DNA of 64,000 nt, from assembly GCA_964016885.1 (NCBI GenBank), contig OZ024741.1, forward strand, positions 224,688,001-224,752,000, written 5' to 3'. Made by a program: the position numbers and the translations under genes. This DNA comes from Eledone cirrhosa (Eukaryota). Positions 52,984-64,000 of this stretch are shown one piece after another. The notes beneath the pieces are model-generated. The model saw only the letters and a list, made by a program, of their open reading frames with translations. It had not been told where the DNA came from and did not search any database. Each line of letters opens with the position of its first letter. Positions within the stretch are counted from its first letter, which is position 1.

Positions 52984-55900
52984 CGCAAACACAACCAAAA
53001 CAAGAACAACAAACCAACCTGCAAGCACAGTCCCACCAAACCCCACTCCACCTAAAACCACTGCAAAAACACCCACAAACACAACAACTCCCCAAAACAT
53101 ACCCCTTCCAAATAACACAGAGACCACAACGGACGAGGCCCCCACATCAACACCAAGTGATGATGAGGGAGAGCCTCTCTGTTCGAAAAGAAAGAAGAAA
53201 AGACACCACAAGAACAAAAAACAACAAACATCACTACAAACATACAACCACCAACACAAACAACACAAACATTACAAACAAAACCCCCCCGTCCCGAAAA
53301 CAAAACCACGACATCACTCCAAACACAAACACCTACAACAAAACGAAAGCTCCCATAAGGACAACAGACAAAAACCACCGCAACATAACAAGAATATTAC
53401 ACATACATAAACAGTAAAAACAAAACTTTAATGGAGGTCATCAAAACTTTTTCGAACTGTGTAGACAAACCTAATTTAAAGATGATTAGGGTCCCTACGG
53501 ACACCTATAAGTCTTTAAAGGAAAACTTTCCTAAGGACGTGGGTAATCCTTGTGTTAAACCCATTAACCGCGTCCTTTTAAAAAGTTTCCCCAACCTCAC
53601 CCCAGACACACCCACCCAGAGACCCCCACCCCACCAAACATCTCCGTCCCCACCCCGCCGGAAACCACAACCCACCCAGACAACTCCTCTAACATCCCCA
53701 TGGAAACCGTGCGGCCTGATCCCCGCGAGACGAAGAGGTGAGTGTTTTCTTCTCCTCTTTTAACTTTTCAGGACCAACATGGCCAATATAAGAGTTGGGT
53801 GTGTGAATGTACGCGGCCTGGGGATGCCCTGGAAACAGGGCAAACTCTTAAACGACCTCAGGTAGCACAGTATGGATGTAGTAGCCATTTGCGAATCCAG
53901 GATCCACAGCGAGCGACAGCTGGCCCCCATCTTCGATGACTTTGAGATCTACGCATCTCTCTGTCAGCCGGAGGGTGGGGGCGGGGTTGCCGTTTTGCTG
54001 CGGAAACACCTGGGCCTCGTAACACAGACGGTACATCTGGACCCAGAGAGTCGACTGGTGGTCCTAGACGTTGACGGTAGTGAAGGTGGAGCCTTCAGGC
54101 TGGTGGCCGCATATGCCCCATCCGGGACACCGCGGCCAGACTTCTTCAAACGTCTAGAGACTTTTCTGGGAACGTCCCGCTCCTTGCTTTTAGTGGGGGA
54201 ATGGAATGGAATCCTAGATGCACGTTGGGACTATGTGGGAGCATGTCCCGATAAAGGGGGGTGTAACATCCTCAAACAGTTAATCGGCCAATTTGACCTG
54301 GCCGATAGATATCGACTAGATTTTCCGACTGTGCCACTGTGGACGTGGACTAATCGTAGCGGAACATCTAGATCGTACCTAGATAGGGTTCTAGTTAGAA
54401 ATAAGGATAGGGATGCAAAGCCTACAGTAGACGGATTAGCACTTTAGTTAAACAGCACTTGACAGGGGCCATTGTCAACAACACATGGTGGTACTCTCTC
54501 AAGAGGGCAGTTAGATTAGACTCGTTAGTTTTCAATAAAGAATTAGCGTTAGATAGAAATAGAACCCAGAAAGAATTGGTAGATAAAGTAGAAGAGGCAA
54601 TTAGAAGTGGCAACGTAGCCAGCGTGCTAGCAACGAGAACGGCCTTGGACCTGTTATTCGACGCAAAGCATGAGGGCTGCGTTGTCAGAAGCAAAATACG
54701 TGCTCTGGGAAGTGAGGGAGCCAAAGCTATTAGCTGGGCCCGAGTGACGGAGGCAAAAAGTGGCAACAAGTCCACGATTCGGTCTTTGAAGGACGAAAAC
54801 GGACGCGTGATACGTGAGCCGAAGCAGATGTGTGCGGCCATTCAACGGCATTTTGCTCAGCTGTTCGGGCAGGGCGGCGCGCCGGGAGGGGCTATGGATT
54901 TCGGTCCATACCTCGACGGCCTACCGCGACTCTCGGACAGCGAGGCAAAGTTCTGAGAAAAGCCGATTTCAGCCGCTGAGATAGGGGACGCGTTGAGCCA
55001 ATGCGGCAAACGCAAATCTCCAGGTCTCGACGGTCTACCCTACGAATTTTACGTAGCAATGCCGGACTTATTCTCCGGTCTCCTGGAAGCGGTCTACTGC
55101 AACTGGCAACAGAACGGGAGAATTCCCAGTTCTGTGACCGGGGACGTAGTCACACTAGTCAGGAAGGACGAGAATAAGGGGGATGACATAGGCAACTTCC
55201 GGCCCATAACTCTGCTAAACACAGAGTTACAGATTTTGGCCAAGGTGTTGGCAAAGAGGCTGGCGCTTGTCGTCGAGAACCTGGTGGGAGAAGCGCAGAC
55301 ATGCGCAATCCCGACCAGGTCCATACACGACAACCTCCACCTCATGCGATACATCATAGAGAGGGTAGGGTGTAAACCCGGCTTCGGTGGGGCCCTGATC
55401 AACTTGGATCAGTCTAAGGCTTTCGATAGGGTTGACCATCGTTACCTGGATGCGGTGCTCGAGGCGGCAGGCTTCGGACCCGTGTTCAGGGGCTGGATTG
55501 CTGCAATGCATAACAGCAACCTCTGCTCAAGGGTTAAGGTGAACGGCTACCTCTCGGAGCCGTTCCATATCACACGATCCATTCGAAAGAGATGCCCTCT
55601 CTCCTCCCTTCTGTACGTATTGACTCTCGAGCCACTACTGCGGAAGTTGGAGCTATTGCAGAGCATCCCTCTGGAACCGGGACTGCGGAAAGCGGCGTCG
55701 GCCTACGCCGACGACATGACAGTAATGGTGTAGAGCGCCTCGCAAATCGAGGAGGTCGGCACCTTACTGAAGGAATACGAAAGGTTCACAGGAGCGAAGC
55801 TGAACCGGGACAAGTCCATCGGTTTGCAACTCGGATCGTGGAGAGGCAAACCGATGCCTTCCGATGGCGTCGTCGGACGCTGGACGGAAGGACCTGTAAA

Positions 55901-57227
55901 GCTGCTCGGGGTCGGGTTGGTCCGGACCTCCAGGTGGAGAAGAACTGGAACGTGGTGTCTGCCAAGGTGTTTGCACTCACACAGAAGTGGGCCGAGTGCA
56001 AACTATCATTGAAAGGTCGAGCGGAGGTGGCGAACACTTTTATAGCGTCCGTCATCTACTACCGCTTGACCGTCGTGCCTTGTCCAGCCAAAACGCTCGC
56101 CAAAATGGACCGCGCGCTCTTTCAATTCCTTTGGAAGAGGCGGGCTCCTTTGGTGAGAAGATCCATCTGCTGCCAACGCTCTTCCAACGGAGGGCTGGGG
56201 ATGCCGTGGCTGACGATGCGCAAACACGCGCTCAGGCTGCGGCATCTCTACGTATTCCTCACCGGACAACCGGTGTGGGCCCCGCCGGTGAGGCGAGCCT
56301 TCCCACGACTCGTCTCGCTGACCGAGCTGCAGTCCTGGGTCAAGCAAAGACCGAGGATAATGGGCGACTGGCACATCGAATGTGCTCAGGCGCTCACAAC
56401 CCTCTGGCAGGCGGACCCGGCGATCAGTGGAGACTCCACTTCGTCGTTCTATAGAGGGTTGATCCGCAGCAAGTGCGACGACGTGCTCGGTGAAACTCTG
56501 GGCGTAAAGGAAGACGAACTGGCCAGTCTGTTCGGTAGGACCTTCCGCCCGGGACCGATGGACAACTTCCAAAAGTCTCTGGCCTGGCAGTGCTACCGAG
56601 GAGCTCTACCAGTTCGAGACAAGCTCTACAGACATGGGCGCCCGGGCAGGGACCCTGCAAAAAAGATCTGTCGAGGTGCGTGCGAGACGAAGAAACCGTC
56701 GCGCACGCATCCATACACTGCCCGGGCACCACCGACCTGTGGGGCTATGTGGAACGACTATTGTCGCGGGTGGGACTAATTCAGTTGACCACCGAGTCCA
56801 TAATCATGATCAAACCACCACCCTCCTTCAAAAACGAATGAGAGGCTGTTTTCCTTTGTGTGATAGCTATGGCGAAAGAGGTTGTATGGTGGACAAGGTT
56901 GAAAGGGCTGAGGTCAGACACCTTTCTCTCCGGCCAACAACTGATTCTTTTTTTCAAATACCACTTCTCTCTATATCAGCCTGTAGGTTGAGGAAAAAGA
57001 GGAGGAGAGGAAAGGAGTACAAACTCTTCGTACTCCTGGAGATGAGGGCTGCACATTTTTTTTACGGGGGTATGTGTTACCCATATGTAATATCTACCCC
57101 TATTGGGGAAAATCGATTAATTTTTAAATTGCATTTGTGATAATATTTTACACGTTTTTATTGTATGTAAACTTCCCCCTTTGTATTTGTCCCCTTCTTT
57201 TGTGCCCCTGTGGCTAATAAAGAAACA
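52035..57227 (+). mobile_element. Tx1-like copy D, slightly 5'-truncated, degenerate (B/D subfamily)
   Basis: ORF1 remnants 52035-53763; ORF2 from ATG 53779 to TAG 56986 with deletions near 54413 and 56965; AATAAA+(ATCT)n. Confidence 0.95.
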
Positions 57228-57252
57228 TATCTATCTATCTATCTATCTATCT

Positions 57253-60200
57253 CTTTATCTGCCTGACGCGTGGAACATCGCCGGTAAGATCTTTTGTAAA
57301 TTTATATACGAAAAACAGAACAAATTGTTTGAAAAACCATACTATTTTGTAGATTAACCCCGAAGCTGAACAACCCGATTGAACAACCCGATTGAACAAC
57401 CCGATTCCAGAAAACGAAAAGGTAAGTGCACCTTTCGTCCTTTTTCTCCAATTCTTCTTCACCAACATGGCTAGTTTACGAGTTGGACGCGTGAATGTGC
57501 GTGGCCTAAGGATGCCCTGGAAACAGGGCCAACTTTTAAACGACCTTAGGTCACACGGTATGGATGTGATAGCCATCACCGAGTCCAGGATCCACAACAG
57601 GCAGCAACTAACCCCCATCTTCGACGACTCTGAGATCTATGCATCTCTCTGTCAGCCAGGAGGTGGGGTGGGGGTGGGGGGTGGGGAGTGGCTGTCATGT
57701 TTCGGAAGAACCTGGACGTCGAAGTACAGCAAGTACACTTGGACCCGGAGGGTAGACTGGTAGTCCTAGACGTGAACAGTATTGGAGGTGGAGCCTTCAG
57801 ACTGGTGGCCGTTTATGCCCCGACCGGGCAATCGCAATCACGGCCAGACTTCTTTAAGCGTCTAGAGTCTTTTCTGGGAACGTCTCGCTCCTTACTTTTA
57901 GTGGGGGACTGCAATAGTATCCTAGATGCACGATGGGACTATGTGGCAGCATGTTCCAGTAGAGGGGGTGCAACAGCCTCAAAACTTTAATCGGCCAATT
58001 CCAGCTGGCCGATAGGTATCGACTGGATTTCCCGACTGCACCACAGTGGGCAAACTTCAGCGGGATATCTAGATCGTATTTAGATAGGTTATTCATTAGA
58101 GAAAGGGACAAGGGGATGTTAAGCTGTCCACGAATGCACATAGTTGCCTATTCAGATCACAAATTAGTCGTCTGCTTAGTCAACCGTGATAGAAAACATA
58201 GACAAGGACCCGGATACTGGAAACTGAACGTGTCGTTGCCGGCACGTAAAGCTTACAGTGAACGGATAAGTAGACTAGTCAAGCAACAGTTAACGGGAGC
58301 CATCGTCAACAATAAATGGTGGTACTCTCTCAAGAAAGCAATTAGAATAGAATCGATAGGGTTTAGCAGAGAGTTAGCCCTAGAGAAATACAAATTAGAA
58401 AGAGAACTAGTAGCCAAGGTAGAGGAGGCTCTTAGAAGTGGCAACGCGGTTAGAGGGTTAGCGTCGAGAACGGCACTGGACCAGTTCTTCGATGCGAAAC
58501 ACGAAGGCTGCGTGGTCAGAAGCAAACCACGTGCTCTAGGAAACGAAGGAGCGAAAGCTTTCAGAAGCACATTGCGCGACATTGAGCTGAACGGAGCAAT
58601 GGACTTTAGTTCATACCTCGACGGCCTACCGCGTCTCTCGAACACGGACACCGAGTTCTGCGAAAGACTGATCACGGACACTGAGATACGGGACGCTCTG
58701 GGCCGCTGCGGGAAACGCAAGTCACCCGGTCTAGATGGTCTACCCTATGAGTTTTACATAGGCATACCGGACATGTTCTCTGGCGTCCTCGAAGCCGTCT
58801 ACTGCAGTTGGCAGCAGAACGGGAGAATTCCCAGTTCTGCAGGCAAGGGCGTAATAACGCTGATCAGGAAAGACGAGAACAAGGGGGACGAAATTAACAA
58901 CTTCAGGCCCATAACTCTGCTCAACACAGAATTAAAGATTTTGGCCAAGGTGCTAGCGACGAGGTTGGCGCTTGTCGACGAGAACCTGGCAAGGAAAGCG
59001 CAATCGTGTGCAATCCCGACCAGGTCCATACACGACTACCTCCACCTCATGCAATACATCATAGAGAGGGTGGGTACTAAACCCGGCTTCCGTGGGGCTC
59101 TGATCAATTTGGATCAGTCTAAGGCTTTCGATAGGGTCGACCATCGATACTTGGAAGCGGTTCTCAAGGCGGCCGGTTTCGGTCCCGTTTTCAGAGGCTG
59201 GATCGAGGCGATGCACACCAGCATCTGCTCGAGAGTCAAGGTGAACGACTACCTATCGGAGCCGTTTGCAATTACACGCTCCATTCGACAGGTGCCCTCT
59301 CTCCTCCATTCTGTATGTATTGACTCTAGAGCAACTACTGCGGAATTTGGAGCTGTTGCAGGGCATCCCTCTAGAACCGGGACTGCACAAAGCGGCGTCG
59401 GCTTATGCCGACGACGTGACGGTAATGGTGTCGAGCACCTCGAAAATCGGGGTGATCGGCAACTTACTGAAAGGATACGAAACGCTGACGGGAACAAAAC
59501 TAAACCCGGACAAGTCTGTCGGTTTGCAACTCGGTACGTGGAGAGGCAAACCGATGACGTCCGACGGAGTCGTTGGACGCTGGACGGACGGACCGGTGAA
59601 ATTGCTCGGGGTCTGGTTCGGTCCAGACCTCCAGGTGGAGAAAAACTGGAACGAGGTCACGGCCAAGGTGTTTGCGCTCACCCAGAAGTGGGCAGAGTGC
59701 AAACTGTCCTTGAAAGGTCGAGCGAAGGTTTCCAACACTTTCATAGCGTCCGTCATCTACTATCGCTTGACTGTCGTGCCTTGTCTCCGTGAACACCTTG
59801 CCAAGATGGAACGCATGCTCTTCCAGTTTCTGTGGAAGAAGCAGGCTCCGCTGGTGAGGAGATCCGTCTGCTGTCAGCACCCTTCCAACGGAGGGCTGGG
59901 AATGCCGTGGCTGATGATGCGCAAACATGCGCTGAGGCTGCGGCATCTCCAGGCATTCCTCACCGACCCTCAACCGGCGTGGGAACCGTTGTGAGACAGT
60001 CTTTCCCACAGCTCGTCTCGCTGACGGAGCTGCAGCCCTGGGTCAAGAAAAGACCGAAAACGATGGGCGCCTGGCACATTGAATGCGCTCAGGCGCTCAC
60101 AGTCCTCTGGCAAGCGGGCGCAGCAATCAGTGGAGACTCCACTTCGACATTCTATAGAGGGATTGTACGTTCCAAGGGCGACGACGTGCTCGGAGAGACT

Positions 60201-61012
60201 CTGGGCGTCGAAGACGATGTGCTCAACAGTCTGTTTGGTAGTACTTTCCGCCTGGGACCTTTCGACAACTTCCAGAGGTCCATGGCCTGGCAGTGCTACC
60301 GAGGAGTTCTACTGGTCCGTGACAAGATTTACAGGCACGGACGCCCCGGCAGGGATCCTTCCAAGAGGATGCGCGCAGGACATTGAAACAGGACATTGTA
60401 CGCAATCGTACACTGCCCGTGCGTAACCGACCTGTGGAACTATGCAGAACAACTGCTGTCGCATATAGGACAAATCCAGTTGACTGCCGAGTCCATAGTA
60501 AGGATCAAACCGCCAGCCTCTTTCAAAAACGAAAGAGAGGCGGTTTTCCTTTGTACGGTGGCTATGGTGAAAGAAGTTATATGGTGGACGAGATTGAGAG
60601 GACTGAGGACAGATGCCTTTCTCTCCGGACAACAATTGATTCCCTTCTTTAAGTATCACTTTAGAAGGAGAATCAGAATGGAGAGAGAACCACTGCACCC
60701 CAGTAAATTTACTGAAAGGTGGGTGAATGAAGCGAAAATGGCCCGAGTGGTTGGGCCTTCTCTGTTTATAAGCCTGTAGGTTGAAGAAGAGAGCAAAAGG
60801 AAGAAAGGAGCACTTGCACAACACGCTCCTGGAGCTGAGGGTTGTTCTATCGACAGGGTATTAAACAACCCATTTGTGGCGCTTCCACCCTATTGGGGAT
60901 TTCGATTGTTGTAATTGTTTGTTTTTATATTTTTTACACGACTGTATGTAAAATTCCCGGCATGTCTTTGTATTGTCCCCTTTTCTTATGCGCCCTTGTG
61001 GCAAATAAAGAA
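57253..61012 (+). mobile_element. Tx1-like copy E lacking almost all of ORF1, degenerate (A/E subfamily)
   Basis: ORF2 from ATG 57467 to TAG 60779, disrupted; 3'UTR nearly identical to that of copy A; (ATCT)n on both sides. Confidence 0.95.
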
Positions 61013-61035
61013 ATCTATCTATCTATCTATCTATA

Positions 61036-61069
<34 letters not shown>

Positions 61070-61220
61070 AACACACAGACACACAAAAACACACACAGAC
61101 AGAAACAAATATATATATGATCGATTTCCACACAGTTTCCAATTACCAAAACGCTATTCACTAAATATTGATCATTGATCATTGCTCAAATCGAATCTAC
61201 GTTGGAAGACGCTTGCCCAA

Positions 61221-61366
61221 ATATGTTCCCCGTACATGAGATCGAGCCCAGATCGAACCCAGATCGAATTCACTTCGAACCCAGATCGAATCCAGATCGA
61301 ACCCAGTTCGAACTCAGATCGAACCCAGATTGAACCCAAATCGAACCCAGTTCGAACCCAGATCGA
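61221..61366. repeat. 11-bp tandem repeat (GAACCCAGATC)n
   Basis: About 13 degenerate copies. Confidence 0.85.
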
Positions 61367-62034
61367 CATGGCTGTGCAGTGAACCACACAGCTTTGTCAG
61401 CATCACACAGGTATGACGTAATGTGTTTCTCATATAATTTAACATGAACAAAATATTTCTGTCTTTAACCCTCATTTCAGCTTTTGTTCTAAATTCTTTT
61501 CACTATTATTTCACCATTTGCGGAGTTTGCCAGCCAGCAGTGGCATCTTTTGGCTGTGGATGGCCTTTACGGCAAAGACTGCCAAAATGTCAATCTATGT
61601 ATGGAAGCTGAAGGGCTAATGAAGGAACATTTCTAATGAACAGGTTATCGGCTTATCTAACTGCAGGCATGTCACAAATAGTAGAATGGAACCAAAGGTG
61701 AAAGAAATATGAAGAATTGAAGAGTGAGTGAGTGTGAGAAAGAGAGAGAGAAAGAAAGAGAGAGAGCGTGAGGATTAGAGAGAGCGTGTGTGTGTGAGAG
61801 AGAGAGAGGGGGAGAGAGAGGGGGGAGAGAGGGAGAGAGAGAGAGGGAGTGAGAGAGAGAGAGGGAAGCAGTGGAGGATGGGAAATGGAGAGTAGGAGGG
61901 ATTGAGATAAAAGGAAAGGTAGAGTGAGAGATGGGGTGAGGTGGAGGGTGATAAGTGGAGAATGATAGAGATTGATTGAGATAGTAGGAGAGGGAAAGAG
62001 GAGGGAGAGAAATGGAGATGGATTGCGATAGAAG

Positions 62035-62135
62035 GGAGGGAGTGAGATGGGGAGGGAAGGGAGTGAGATTTGGAGGGAAGGCAGTGAGATTTGGGGGGAA
62101 GGGAGTGAGATTTGGAGGGAAGGGAGTGAGATTTG
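62035..62135. repeat. 21-bp tandem repeat gggaagggagtgagatttgga
   Basis: 4-5 copies at the end of a GA-rich tract. Confidence 0.8.
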
Positions 62136-62354
62136 GTATTCTGAACTATCGACAGATTTCAATACGGCATACAATCACAATAGCTACCACAACCACAACC
62201 ACAACTAGCACCACCAGTACCACTACAACTACCATCACTACCACAACCACCCCCACCACGACAACCACCCCCACCCCACCATGACAACCACCTCCACCCC
62301 ACCATGACCCCCCCACCATGACAACCACCCCCACCACGACAACCACCGCTCCAC

Positions 62355-62915
62355 TAACAGCAATACCACTATCTCCACTGCCACCTATACCACCATGAGC
62401 CATCGCTACATCACTACCAATGCCACCATCCTCGTTACCATCCTTACCATCATCCATATCACCGCGCCTTATATCCCTACCACTACCACTACCACTACCA
62501 CTGCCAACAATACCACTATCTCCACTGCTACCTATACCACCATGAACCATCACTGCATCTACTGCTACCAATGTCACCATCCTCGCTACCATCATCCATA
62601 ACCCTCCCCCCCCCTTCTATACCACTACCACTGCCAACGATACCACTATCTCCACTGCTACCTATACCACCATGAACCATCACTGCATCTACTGCTACCA
62701 ATGTCACCATCCTCGCTACCATCATCCATAACCCCCCCCCCTTCTATACCACTACCACTGCCAACGATACCACTATCTCCACTGCTACCTATACCACCAT
62801 GAACCATCACTGCATCTACTGCTACCAATGTCACCATCCTCGCTACCATCATCCATAACACCCCCCCCTTCTATACCACTACCACTGCCAACAATACCAC
62901 TATCTCCACTGCCAC
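62355..62915. repeat. ~130-bp tandem repeat, about 4 copies
   Basis: ataccactatctccactgc.acctataccaccatga recurs at ~62363, 62510, 62640, 62767 and partially at 62894. Confidence 0.85.
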
Positions 62916-63371
62916 TCATACCATCAATACATAAAGGATTATTATCAGTTTGTGTAAGTTTGTTGAAGATGTTAATGACTAAATCTATCTAACAATAGAT
63001 ATTGAAGACTTGTCTCAACTATCGCTGCAGCCATTGCCGCTAATACCCCCCCCCCCACCACCACCACAGCAACCACTACGACTAACATCAAGGCATTGAA
63101 CACCACTAACACCCCCCCCACTGTCCCCTTACAGCCAAATCTCCCTCAAATTTCACCCCACTGTCATAAAAATATGGAACATATTGGACACTGTGATCAT
63201 GCGTTCCCTGCGCATAGGAAGATGATAGTGATGGTCACGGTTGGAATGTTGACCACCAGAACATATTTCCAAAATCACCACCACAATCATTCTAGGCATA
63301 CAAACATACATACATACATAAAAACATACATACATACAAACATACATACATACATAAATACATACATACAT

Positions 63372-63552
63372 TTGCGGACAAAAAGCGCAGCTCCCTAATT
63401 CATAGTCTACAAATGGCTGCGATAGCTGGCACCTTCAAAATTTGCAAAACATTCTTGCGATTCAAGGGATGACAATTTCTTTTCTTTTACAACCTTGCCA
63501 CCAGGAAGGTGGCCGGTCAAAAAAATATACTCGAAATTAAGAGAAAGAGAAA
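63372..63552 (+). mobile_element. 3' tip of an R4/Dong-like RLE retrotransposon between (ACAT)n tracts
   Basis: Near-identical to 63845-64000. Confidence 0.75.
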
Positions 63553-63616
63553 ACATACATACATAAATACATACATAAATACATACATAAATATATACAT
63601 AAATATATACATACAT

Positions 63617-64000
63617 ATCGTTGTTTGAGACCACACATTCAAAACTTGCCCTGTTGTGGAGATCAGCTGCCCACTTGATGTAAACATTGTAAGAAAAATA
63701 CATGAGGTGGAGGATATCTACGGACCATTGATAAGGAGTTTGTAGATCCAGTATCCAAGATACACCTTCAGCTTCATACCCATCATCATTGGAGCTACAG
63801 GTTATACACCAGCCCGCTTGGGCCAAAGTATGACGGAACTTGGCTTGTGGACAAAGAGCGCAGCTCCCTAATTCATAGACTACAAATGGCTGCGATAGCT
63901 GGCACCTTCAAAATTTGGAAAACATTCTTGCGATTCAAGGGATGGCAATTTCTTTTCTTTTTCAACCTTGCCACCAGAAAGGTGGCCGGTCAAAAATATA
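63617..64000 (+). mobile_element. R4/Dong-like RLE domain fragment, running off the window
   Basis: IVV*DHTFKTCPVVEISCPLDVNIVRK...YGPL...PIIIGATGY, typical of a restriction-like endonuclease C-terminus. Confidence 0.75.

Noticed and set aside
61221-61366. CRISPR-like or coding periodic repeat
   Set aside because: Contiguous 11-bp units without spacers, in a eukaryotic context

Overview
Animal genomic DNA, very rich in microsatellites and transposons. The SINE types and repeat landscape suggest a cephalopod such as Octopus (inference). I found no convincing host gene. The window is dominated by five + strand Tx1/L1-type non-LTR retrotransposons (copies A-E, three subfamilies) plus two tiny 3' tips. 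They sit head-to-tail in two clusters (about 5.7-15.6 kb and 46.1-61.1 kb), separated by (TATC)n. Copy C keeps an uninterrupted 1143-aa APE-RT-CCHC ORF2. Main observation: in all five copies ORF2 is bracketed by a 5' splice donor at the end of ORF1 and a 3' acceptor coinciding with the ORF2 stop codon. Splicing would place a stop right after the junction in the ORF1 frame, and copy C shows a compensating phase change. Both full-length copies also have a matching 137-139 nt candidate 5'UTR intron, and the 3'UTRs share covarying hairpins. The window also holds a near full-length Naiad-type Penelope element and other Penelope remnants carrying six minimal hammerhead ribozymes (two with a U3-A8 core variant). 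Other features are R4/Dong-like and CRE-like fragments, Meta- and CORE-type SINEs, MITEs, a Helitron 3' end and several minisatellites. Most ORFs in the supplied track are microsatellite or antisense artefacts.
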